Origin: an uncultured Nitrospiraceae bacterium
Lineage (GTDB): Bacteria; Nitrospirota; Nitrospiria; Nitrospirales; Nitrospiraceae
Length of the DNA stretch: 64,000 nt
Assembly (NCBI GenBank): GCA_963706325.1
Contig: CAVPLT010000004.1
Location: 320,001-384,000, forward strand
Direction: 5' to 3'
Positions 21,158 to 29,828 of the stretch are shown piece by piece (positions within the stretch are counted from its first letter, which is position 1; each line of letters opens with the position of its first letter). The position numbers and the translations under genes were made by a program. The notes beneath the pieces were generated by a model. That model was given only the letters and a program-made list of their open reading frames with translations, did no database searches and was not told the origin of the DNA.

Positions 21158-22224
21158 TTGACGGCTTCTTTCAATTTGACGAGGTTCGGATCCGCATCAC
21201 TTTGGTGGACATGGTACAGCGATTTTTGAAGATTAAATAGTGGTTCGTAGGCTCGTCGGTCGGGTAATTTGCCGAGGGCCCAGGCCACCTCGGTTTTTAA
21301 CGCCACATCATCGGTGGCCAAGGTTTCCAGCAAGGGATCCACGATCGTGAAATCGCCGTGCAATGCCCCGACGATTCCTAAAGCTTTCGCCGCTGCAGGA
21401 CGCAATTCCGGCGCTCCGGATTGCATCGTCTTGATGAGTACCGGAATCGTGTCCTTTTGACCTATATTTCCCAGGGCCAGGGCCGAGGCTTTGGCGATGC
21501 TGCGATCCGTTCCATTCAGTCCAGACAGGAGGCGCGGCACCGCCTGCACAGAGAAGAGATCCCCGAATAGTGCGATCAACTTCACCTTGCGTGCTACGGG
21601 CGTCTTCGGATCGTCGTAGAGACGAAACAGCCGTTCCTCCTGTCCCCATTCGGCCGTGATGAGAGCCGGAAAATCATACTCTTCGAGCCGGGCTTTCAGC
21701 TTGGACATCGTATAGGCCATCGGATCCGCGGCCTTCGCGAGGAGGGCCGCAGCCTGCGGGTCGTCGAATTCCGTCCGGACTTCCTTGCGCCATGCCATCT
21801 TCTTGCCATTGAGAAAATAGCCAAGTTGGCAGGCCGGTCCTTTCCAGATTCGTGAGGGCGAGTCAGGGAGGTCGGCGTCGCTCCCCATCGTTGTGCTACC
21901 TTCCCAGGTCTTACGTAGCTCGCACTTGATCTTCAGCTCCACGTCATGTGGCTGTGCCGGATCGGTGACGGTGGTATAGCCGAACTCTTTCATACGATTG
22001 GCCACCACCTCCACCAGGGGTCCGGGATCGACAGCGCCTTTGTCCGATAGGGCGAGGACCTCGATTAAGACCCGATCGATGCGTTCCAGCTGATTCTTCT
22101 GCTCGGCGGTCAACGCGTCGCGGCGTGCCCAGCTGACATCACTTACCAGGAACAGCGCGGCCAGAATGGTCAGCGTGACGATGCGTCTCATATCTGCTCC
22201 GTTCTGCTGAAAAAAGTATCGCAA
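21115..22224 (-). CDS. Exported HEAT-repeat protein
   Basis: Signal peptide; repeats ASALALGNIG, AAAKALGIVG, EVAWALGKL. Confidence 0.8.
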   Translation of the reverse strand: MRYFFQQNGADMRRIVTLTILAALFLVSDVSWARRDALTAEQKNQLERIDRVLIEVLALSDKGAVDPGPLVEVVANRMKEFGYTTVTDPAQPHDVELKIKCELRKTWEGSTTMGSDADLPDSPSRIWKGPACQLGYFLNGKKMAWRKEVRTEFDDPQAAALLAKAADPMAYTMSKLKARLEEYDFPALITAEWGQEERLFRLYDDPKTPVARKVKLIALFGDLFSVQAVPRLLSGLNGTDRSIAKASALALGNIGQKDTIPVLIKTMQSGAPELRPAAAKALGIVGALHGDFTIVDPLLETLATDDVALKTEVAWALGKLPDRRAYEPLFNLQKSLYHVHQSDADPNLVKLKEAVNWSIKQIDTWEYVQ

Positions 22225-23654
22225 AATTGAAGACTTTCCACTCTATACAACTCGTTCCGGCGGTTGCAAGTTGCTCCGGCTAATCGGTCATTGGAACGAG
22301 TATTGGTGAAGCGACCAACAATTGCAAACCGTATTGGCGGGTACTTAAGACTTGATGAAAAAGGAAACCGCCCTCCGAGCCGAATTATTGTGCGCTACAA
22401 CACCTACCGAGGGTGGCAGGACGCTAAGTGCAGGCGTCAGGGCGTGCTCACCCATCGTTGAAAGTTGTGCAGGTCTGCACCTGCTTCTCCTGGGTTAATC
22501 GGCCCTTTCGAAATTCCTCCGTCCGGAGAGCGTACCACTCCAGCATGGGAGCCCGTACCGGTCTTCCGTTTCTTCCGTGATCTGTCAAAAATCGACATAG
22601 GATCGGAGTTGTCCGACGACAAGCTCTTCCAATCGGCTTCACTAAAGAAGCCAACGTACGAGCACACTGTTCCGCTCGATCCTCCTTGAGCTCTACTACT
22701 CACCGGACGCCATACTCTTGCCAGTTTTCTAGTTCCTTGCTTTGGATTTCCAACCGTTTGTCATAGATGCTGAAAAGCTCTGGCTCTGAGGTCTGCCGAA
22801 ATACAGGGTCTCGCCATTACTGGCACTGCTGCCGTAAGTGGCGTCGAAGGCAATATGCCGGACCTGGAACGCACGCGTCACATATTGACCGGCTGACATC
22901 GCCTCTCAAGCGGTCGCCACGGGGACTGATTCGGTCCGATCGTTCAGCGCACAATCGATTCGAGTCACATGCTCCTATTGTGCATGGACCCATTTCAACA
23001 GCATAGCGATCTGCTCCAAGTCAACGCAGAGGCAAGCGCCCCAGACAGATCGACATGGATTTCATTCGGACGACGAGGAGCATTGTTCTCCAGTCTCCGA
23101 CCCCATGCAGTCCGTCTGATTTGACATCCAGGACAGGATAGTCTCGAAAGCCTTCTTTTCGCCTTGCTCCAGTCTCCACCCAGCACCGGCATGGCGACCT
23201 GCGGAGTACTCGCCAAAACCGTAAACGCGGGCCAGTCAATGGAGAGGGTGAAGACTGAATCCATGGAACCTATCGAACCCATGTAAGGAGCGCTGTGGCG
23301 AGCGCCCGCGTGTTACCAGGACGAGAGCCATTCCGCTCCGCACCCCGGCCTTCCGGCATGGGCGCGGACCGGCTTTACCGCTTGATGGTGAGACGGAGAA
23401 TCCTGTTTTCAGCGGCCTTCCTGAGCCGGTCGAGTTAGTTTCTGTCGCACGACGACGAACGCCTTTCCTCCGACTTCTCTGGTCACACTTTATCGCGTCC
23501 ATCCTGCCATCACCATGCTCATCAAACAGCCACGGGAACATACTCCGAGACGGTCGTCCCTACCTCTGGGTACACTTCTCAACCAGCCTGCGTTCCTGCT
23601 CCGTGACTTTGAATTGTAGCGTTCAGTTTTCGTGTCGTCCTGTGTCATGTGCGT

Positions 23655-23910
23655 CCGGAGCTGATCGCCAACCGGTTTATGACTTGGTGTGAGGACTGGG
23701 GTATGGAGCCGCGGCATATCCTGCCGGGCAAGCCTGATCAGAATGCCTTCATCGAGCGTTTCAATCAAATTTACCGGGCCGAGTACTGAATGCCTATGTG
23801 TTTGAGTCGCTAGCCCAAGTCCAGGAGATCAGTGCTGAATGGTTGCGGAGTTATAACGAGAGCGACTCCATGATGCATTGGCAGGCTCCAGCCCGCTACG
23901 TATCGAGCCA
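23655..23910 (+). mobile_element. IS3-family transposase remnant (integrase core C-terminal part, frameshifted)
   Basis: Translates as PELIANRFMTWC..ILPGKPDQNAFIERFN..YR / LNAYVFESL..V......W...YN..HDAL, the IS3 orfB C-terminal pattern. Confidence 0.8.
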
Positions 23911-24048
23911 ATAAAAAGGGAGGATTGGCCTTGTCATTGACGACCAAGATTGGCTGATCCGGTTGTTGTCAGGGTAACTAGGCGGACAGTGGAGAGGGTC
24001 TACTTACTGAAAACACTAAGTAGACGACCGCGGTTAAGCTAAGTTGCT

Positions 24049-24567
24049 CTACCTGGCTCGAAACCCAGTTATTCTTGAACCTAAGATATCTTCGATCACT
24101 CTCGCCTTCTCATCAAAAAGACCCTCCTTGTCCCTGTCCAGCTGGTCGTCAATGTTGTGACCATTTTTAAGCATATAGGACTCGTAGTATCGGGTGAGTC
24201 GCTCTGAAAAACGCCTTTATTTCTCATGTATTGGCATGTCGCAATTGTTTTTCGTGTGCGGGAAATAGGCATGTAGTTTCGACCCGATGACGCAAGTGTC
24301 CACTCTCCATTGTTTATAGATGCGATTCAACTCGTCCTCAAGAATATGGCTATTCCTGCTTTGGTGTGCGTGACCGGCATTGAACATGTAAACGGACATT
24401 ACCATTGTCATCACCAGTTCACTTATCTCGGCAATGAGTGCTGTTTTGATGCCTGAATCTCTTTGTGTTTCTTGCCACCGCCGTGTAATCCATGGGACGA
24501 GTAGCGCAAGAGCAACTGGGACCAGAACGATGTCTAATACGTCTTTTAACGAATCAAAACCCATCAT
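24049..24567 (-). pseudogene. Hypothetical membrane-anchored protein interrupted by an in-frame stop
   Basis: After TAA at 24219-24217 the same frame stays open for 55 codons to TAG at 24051-24049. Confidence 0.55.
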
Positions 24568-24942
24568 AATGTTGAGTGACTATTGCAGATTACGTACCCA
24601 GCAAAACGTCTCGCTGGAAGACCACTGATGGGTGGACGTGTGCCACTTCAATGCAACGTGTCTCATAACAACACATAGTTGCTAATCGGGAAATACCACC
24701 AAATTATTTTTTACGCTCGAGCATAATTGTGGCCAAGAATGCTTTACTACAACGAGACATTTCGATACAAACACACCCTCCTAGATGTCCCGGTCAGCAT
24801 CGCTGCTTCCAGAGAAAAAACGAATGGCTACAGAAAGATGAACAATCAGTAATGCGGCGTTGTGAATCCATCCACGGTCTGACCTTTCTAGGATAGTAAA
24901 TGTTTGTCCACGTCAGTGTTGCCAAAGAGAGACCGGCTGATT

Positions 24943-24958
24943 CGGCATAATGCTTGCT
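24943..24958 (+). promoter_or_regulatory. Putative sigma54 -24/-12 promoter of the activator gene
   Basis: CGGCATAATGCTTGCT = GG-N10-GC with GGCA..TTGC; GGAGG and ATG 24987 shortly downstream. Confidence 0.6.
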
Positions 24959-24986
24959 GCTTTTCCCTCTGCAGGAGGGTGCAAAC

Positions 24987-26315
24987 ATGTCCTGTAAGCG
25001 CACACCTGTACAAAAGATCTTGTTAGCCAGGCTAACGAATACCCTATCCGAAAAGTCGACGCAGCAGCTGTCGCGTATCGGTGTAATAACAGTTCCGCCA
25101 CAGCTAGAGGCTGATATTCGTGATGCGTTTGAGAGCCAGTCGCGCAAGATCACCGATATTTCTCTTCGGCCGGAGTTAGCAATAAGAACCCTGACTGACA
25201 TCCATCAGCAAAACCCACATCTCATAATTATGATGATCATTGGTGGAGAAAACCCCGAGGAATGTTCGGAGTTACCTGTCGAATCCTATGCGAGTGGCGG
25301 TACAACTTCTCCCAGCCCGAATGAAAGGACGGAACCCGTACTGCATCATCGCTTAGGGGTGACTAGAACAGATTCCGGTGGTCGCGGTCTTACGGGCGGA
25401 GAAAATCTGATAGGGAACAGCTCGACCATGGCACGCCTGCGAGCATTTGTGGCGAATGTTGCCAAAACGGAATGCAACGTCCTAATCACGGGAGAGACGG
25501 GGACAGGAAAGGAATTGGTTGCAGATCTCATTCATAGAAACGGTAGCCGGATGGGAAAACCCTTCGTGAAGGTCAATTGTGCAGCGATCCCTGACTCCTT
25601 ACTCGAAAGTGAAATATTCGGTTATGAGCGAGGAGCGTTTACAGGTGCATATGCTAGAACGCAAGGTAAGCTTGAACAGGCAAATACTGGAACTATTCTC
25701 TTCGATGAAATAGGCGACATGAGTCCCTACGCTCAAGCCAAAGTTTTGAGATCTATTGAATCTGGTGAAGTGACTAGGCTGGGCGGCCGTACCCCCACTA
25801 AATTGGATGTGCGGATACTGGCCGCAACCAATCGGGATTTGGAATCAATGGCCATGCAGGATCACTTTAGAAAGGATCTCTTTTTTCGGCTCAACGTCGC
25901 ACGAGTCCATTTGCCACCGTTACGAGACCGGAAGTCTGACATCTCGAAAATTGCCGAGCATTACCTGGATCATTTTAATGTTACGTTTGGAGCTGAGGTA
26001 ACAGGCCTGGCTCAAGATACACTCGAAGGTTTTCTTACTCATGACTGGCCAGGAAATGTGCGTGAACTGAGGAATCTCCTCGAAGGTGTATTCGTCGTAA
26101 AGCGTTCGTCACAGATCACAGCTGCTGATTTGCCAGATTGGTTTTCCGAGCGTCTCAAGAACAAATGTTCTGTCATTCATGAATCAAGCAAGATTCTGTC
26201 CGTTCTGCTAGCGACGAACTGGAATAAGTCAAAGGCAGCCGGCGAGCTTCATTGGTCGCGTATGACGTTGTACCGCAAGCTCGCTAAATACAACCTTCAT
26301 CATGTATCGAACTGA
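24987..26315 (+). CDS. Sigma54-dependent transcriptional activator (bEBP; AAA+ and Fis-type HTH)
   Basis: Walker A GETGTGKE, GAFTGA, LFDEIG, AATNRDL, WPGNVREL, C-terminal NKSKAA..L..SRMTLYRKL; atypical N-terminus. Confidence 0.95.
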   Translation: MSCKRTPVQKILLARLTNTLSEKSTQQLSRIGVITVPPQLEADIRDAFESQSRKITDISLRPELAIRTLTDIHQQNPHLIIMMIIGGENPEECSELPVESYASGGTTSPSPNERTEPVLHHRLGVTRTDSGGRGLTGGENLIGNSSTMARLRAFVANVAKTECNVLITGETGTGKELVADLIHRNGSRMGKPFVKVNCAAIPDSLLESEIFGYERGAFTGAYARTQGKLEQANTGTILFDEIGDMSPYAQAKVLRSIESGEVTRLGGRTPTKLDVRILAATNRDLESMAMQDHFRKDLFFRLNVARVHLPPLRDRKSDISKIAEHYLDHFNVTFGAEVTGLAQDTLEGFLTHDWPGNVRELRNLLEGVFVVKRSSQITAADLPDWFSERLKNKCSVIHESSKILSVLLATNWNKSKAAGELHWSRMTLYRKLAKYNLHHVSN

Positions 26316-26741
26316 AAAGGAACAGAAATAGCGAGATCGAATTGCCCCTAGTTTCTGTAATAACCATTCACAACGTCCTCCCTCTCGCTAGTGCCCGACA
26401 TATCAGGTCCCGAATCATTCTAATCCGCGGAAGCTAGCTGGTGCGTTGGTCCTGTCTCGACAACGGCCGCGATCCTAGACTTAACTGCGCTCTAGGTAAG
26501 CGACTTTCAGAATGAAGCCTGCTAGTCGTGGTTCTGCATGTTTATGTAAGCGTGCCAGCTGCCTTGGTTTCCTTTCCATGTCCACGTTGCACAGGTGTAT
26601 TTCACGTGTTTGCCTTCTTCAGTTCTCCTTGCTGTATCGTTACCGAGTTTTGTTACAAGCTCAGTGACACCTCCCGCTTGTGAAGTAAATCCACAATTCC
26701 TCTCGACTTACACACTTTGAGGAGCGGGTTGTGTACCACCC

Positions 26742-26762
26742 TGTAACAGTTAGGGCGTTACA
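26742..26762. promoter_or_regulatory. Candidate upstream activator sequence
   Basis: Inverted repeat TGTAAC-N9-GTTACA about 95 bp upstream of the putative -24 element. Confidence 0.4.
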
Positions 26763-26854
26763 CTTTTGCATTCTTAAGCCTGATCAGAACGTCACATTCC
26801 CTTACACGCGCGCAGATGAGGCGGTTTTTATCGAGTTGGGAATACCATTCGACT

Positions 26855-26871
26855 CTGGTCTCTGAGTTGCA
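26855..26871 (+). promoter_or_regulatory. Putative sigma54 -24/-12 promoter of the structural operon
   Basis: CTGGTCTCTGAGTTGCA = TGG-N10-GC with TTGCA; RBS and ATG 26906 about 35 nt downstream. Confidence 0.55.
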
Positions 26872-26905
26872 CAGTAGGAATTCCGTTGAAGGAAGGAACA
26901 ATGCA

Positions 26906-27160
26906 ATGCAGCCAGAAGGTGTTCAGAGGGGCGATAAGGACCCAATGCCGTATCGGTATAGCAACTACTTCAAGATTGGATACAACAGAGAAGAGTTTCT
27001 AATGGATTTTGGTCAACTGTATGAGGGGAGCGGAAATGGCCCCATGCATACCCGATTGGTCACCCTGCCTGTTATTGCCAAAGCGCTTCTCTCAGTACTT
27101 GCCAAATCCGTGCGTCAGTATGAGGAGAAGTATGGTGCCATTCAGGAAGACAAGGAATAG
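26906..27160 (+). CDS. DUF3467-like small protein
   Basis: YSNYFKIGYNREEFLMDFGQ...RLV..P..AK.L..VL..SVRQYEEKYGAI pattern; RBS GAAGGAAGGA. Confidence 0.75.
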   Translation: MQPEGVQRGDKDPMPYRYSNYFKIGYNREEFLMDFGQLYEGSGNGPMHTRLVTLPVIAKALLSVLAKSVRQYEEKYGAIQEDKE

Positions 27161-27204
27161 CGACTCTGGAGTCATAAACGCGGCGTTCCCGCAGAAACGC
27201 TGAT

Positions 27205-28143
27205 TTGGAATCAGGATTAGTGAGTAAAGGGTTATTTCAAGTGAATGAAACGAAGAATGACGCGAAACCGGTCGGATCGTGTCGCTGCAAGACCGCAATG
27301 GGTTTTGCTGGCGATATGAAATCCAGATCGGGTTGCGAGCAAGCCTTCCCCACGCAGAGACATACGTCGGCGCCGTTTACACCGCCGAAGATCTCTCTCG
27401 GGCATATCCCAGCGGGTTGGCTTGGAACGCAAAAAACGGTTGAGCATGTACAGGCGCTGATTCGAGCCGGAGCGAAAGATTTTTATGTTCGCCAGAAGGC
27501 CATCGACATCTTGCTGGAGAAGCAAGTCAAGCCCAAAGACTACCTGGCCGAGATCAAGGCCCTCTTCGAGTGGGTCCAGCAACATATCCGTTATACCAAG
27601 GATACGTTTCAGGTGGAGGTGCTTCATTCCGCTAAGCGCATGCTGGAGTTACGGGCCGGCGATTGCGACGACATGGCCATCCTACTGGGGGCGATGTTGG
27701 AGGCAATCGGACATCCGGTGCGGCTGGCGCTCAGCGGACCAAACCCATTCCGACAGGACCTCTTTACCCATATTTATCTGGAGGTGTTTCACAAAGGTCG
27801 CTGGATCCCGTTGGACGCCACCATGTCCTACCCGATGGGCTGGGCGCCAAGAACATTGGTGAAAAAGATCATCGCGATTGAAAGGAGGTCGAACATGATG
27901 GCCGAGGATATGGAACTGCAAGGCATCGACGGTGTCGGGGCCGTACCCGACTGGCTAAAAGGATTGCTTCGGACGGTACGCACGGAGGCCGTGCAGCCAA
28001 AAGATGCGCGGATCAAAACGCTATGGGATCTGTTACGGCAACGGCAATTGCTGCGCCGAAGCCCATGGCTCAAGGCGGTACTGCGCCGGATCTGGGACCG
28101 CGGGCTGTCCGCCGGCCTCACCCGCGTACAGCGAGTCGGATAA
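27205..28143 (+). CDS. Transglutaminase-like cysteine enzyme (putative protease); start uncertain; C-terminal extension probably frameshifted
   Basis: LFEWVQQHIRY, GDCDD (Cys), FTHIY (His), WIPLDAT (Asp). Confidence 0.85.
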   Translation: MESGLVSKGLFQVNETKNDAKPVGSCRCKTAMGFAGDMKSRSGCEQAFPTQRHTSAPFTPPKISLGHIPAGWLGTQKTVEHVQALIRAGAKDFYVRQKAIDILLEKQVKPKDYLAEIKALFEWVQQHIRYTKDTFQVEVLHSAKRMLELRAGDCDDMAILLGAMLEAIGHPVRLALSGPNPFRQDLFTHIYLEVFHKGRWIPLDATMSYPMGWAPRTLVKKIIAIERRSNMMAEDMELQGIDGVGAVPDWLKGLLRTVRTEAVQPKDARIKTLWDLLRQRQLLRRSPWLKAVLRRIWDRGLSAGLTRVQRVG

Positions 28144-28354
28144 AACGGGAGCTGCGGCTTTGGAGAATTTTGCCACCGAAACCAGTGAGTGCGACGACGG
28201 CGCATCGCAATTCAATCATCAGCTCTGTACGGCGAGCCGCTGTCCAAGCGGGTCGGCCCGTGACGCTCACACCAGTCGCGTCGGTGCGGCGTGCGCCGAT
28301 GCAGCTGGTACGGCCGGTACACATGCAACCAGTTGGCGCGAGAGCGGTAAGAAG

Positions 28355-28720
28355 ATGAACTGCCGTTGCGAAGTATGTTGCAGGGATGGCAGCGACAATA
28401 CGTCGCTCATGAGGCAAACCTTCGAAGCTATGCCTGTTCAATACATGCGGCGCGGGATTGGCCTCTATTATGCGTTCAACGGTTTTGAACCGTCCCGCGT
28501 AATGAAAGTTCATCATCACAGGCTCATCCCGTCGATGGTGGTTGAACTGGGTGAACTGGTGGCTCTGATGTATCGCTCAGACAAAGGACGGCCTGGTCAA
28601 CCGCGTACCTACATTCATCGGATGGAAAATCCACCGCGCCTGGTGAGCAACATCGAAGGGACGCAGCTCTACATCGTGGGCGGAAGCTACCAGGTCACTC
28701 CACGAGGGATCGAAGGCTAG
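28355..28720 (+). CDS. Hypothetical protein of the structural operon
   Basis: ATGA-coupled to upstream frame; globular-looking C-terminus YIH....PRL....QLYIVGGSYQVTPRGIEG. Confidence 0.65.
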   Translation: MNCRCEVCCRDGSDNTSLMRQTFEAMPVQYMRRGIGLYYAFNGFEPSRVMKVHHHRLIPSMVVELGELVALMYRSDKGRPGQPRTYIHRMENPPRLVSNIEGTQLYIVGGSYQVTPRGIEG

Positions 28721-28787
28721 AGGGACCGGCACCCATGTTGGCCAATTTGCGCGCGGCTGATCCGCCGACACAAGCAGGGGGAATGAT

Positions 28788-29105
28788 ATGCGAAAGGACC
28801 AACAGCTCGGGCTGGATGAGTTGATGATTGTGAACCCCAGTTCATCGGGGACAGAAGCCATGTTTCTTGGCGAAGACGGCACTGTGTATCAGGTACAAGG
28901 CCTGGGTGAAGACAATACACAGCAAGGAATGGGGCAATACTTTCTGGGCGGAGATGGTTCGCTGTATCAAGTGCAAGGCTTCAAAGAGGGCGGTTCAGCC
29001 GGGCCCGCCAAAAGTTCAGACGAAAACCTGGGAGAAGAGGACGGCCCTGCCCTTGGCCGGTACTTCCTTGGGGCCGACGGTGCGCTCTATGAGGTGGTTC
29101 GATAG
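28788..29105 (+). CDS. Small acidic protein with three FLGxDGx(L/V)Y(Q/E)V repeats
   Basis: FLGEDGTVYQV, FLGGDGSLYQV, FLGADGALYEV; purine-rich RBS. Confidence 0.75.
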   Translation: MRKDQQLGLDELMIVNPSSSGTEAMFLGEDGTVYQVQGLGEDNTQQGMGQYFLGGDGSLYQVQGFKEGGSAGPAKSSDENLGEEDGPALGRYFLGADGALYEVVR

Positions 29106-29134
29106 GCAGTGATTGTTAGGAAAAAGGAGGCGTT

Positions 29135-29800
29135 ATGGCAAAAGTTCAAGGTGTGCAAGAAAAACTTCATTCCCCCCTCTACGATTGTTTCTTCGTGAAG
29201 GAAGAATTCAAGGAGCAACAAAATCCAAAAAAATTCACAGACTTTATGACCGATCCACGGGTGATTCGCTTCTTTGTGGATATCCAGAGTAAGACCAAGT
29301 TGGAAACGAACCTTCAAGCTTCCGGTGTCCTACCCAGTCTGAATAGGTTCGAGGCGAGGGCGTTGCGCGTGGTGGTGTCGAACCTGCGCCCCAAAGAGTT
29401 TGGAGACACTACGGGGCCAGGCAAAAGTCCCCGCTCCCCCGCCAATGAAAGTGCGATCTTGGCGGACCTAATCTACAACTCGGTGACCTCGTTGATAGTG
29501 GGGGAAAAGATCATGATCGAGATGCCCACTTTCTGGTTTCCATCAGGCGCTGGTGTCAGTCCGGGCCTCACCGTCTCCAACCACGGCGAACCTGATCCGA
29601 CTGCCACATTTCGTTTCGCCGAGCCGGTGTATATCGAGCCACAGCAGAACTTTCGTGTAGAGATGGCGTTCCCTCAGGGAGTACCTGGAGTAGCCGCCGG
29701 AGTAATTACAGCAGATGACACAAGGAAGTTGGCTCACGTGACGGGTCCGCTCCGCATCTGGGTCGTCCTGGACGGCTATCTGACACGCGATGTCCAGTAA
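29135..29800 (+). CDS. Putative single jelly-roll major capsid-like protein
   Basis: Strong RBS AAGGAGG; beta-strand-like pattern PLYD..FF..TNL..G.LP...F...ALRV...PVYIEPQQNFRVEM...IWVVLDGYL; CDS secure, fold is inference. Confidence 0.55.
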   Translation: MAKVQGVQEKLHSPLYDCFFVKEEFKEQQNPKKFTDFMTDPRVIRFFVDIQSKTKLETNLQASGVLPSLNRFEARALRVVVSNLRPKEFGDTTGPGKSPRSPANESAILADLIYNSVTSLIVGEKIMIEMPTFWFPSGAGVSPGLTVSNHGEPDPTATFRFAEPVYIEPQQNFRVEMAFPQGVPGVAAGVITADDTRKLAHVTGPLRIWVVLDGYLTRDVQ

Positions 29801-29828
29801 TCGATGAAAACCAAGAGGGAGGCAAACC

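Noticed and set aside
22264..23600. Several short ORFs at the island's left edge
   Set aside because: No recognisable motifs or consistent coding signal; no tRNA or att site found by eye
26753..26770. Alternative sigma54 site GGCGTTACACTTTTGCA
   Set aside because: GG to GC spacing is 12, not the required 10
28004..28354. Long N-terminal extension of the 28004-28720 ORF
   Set aside because: Overlaps the upstream coding frames; ATGA coupling supports a start at 28355
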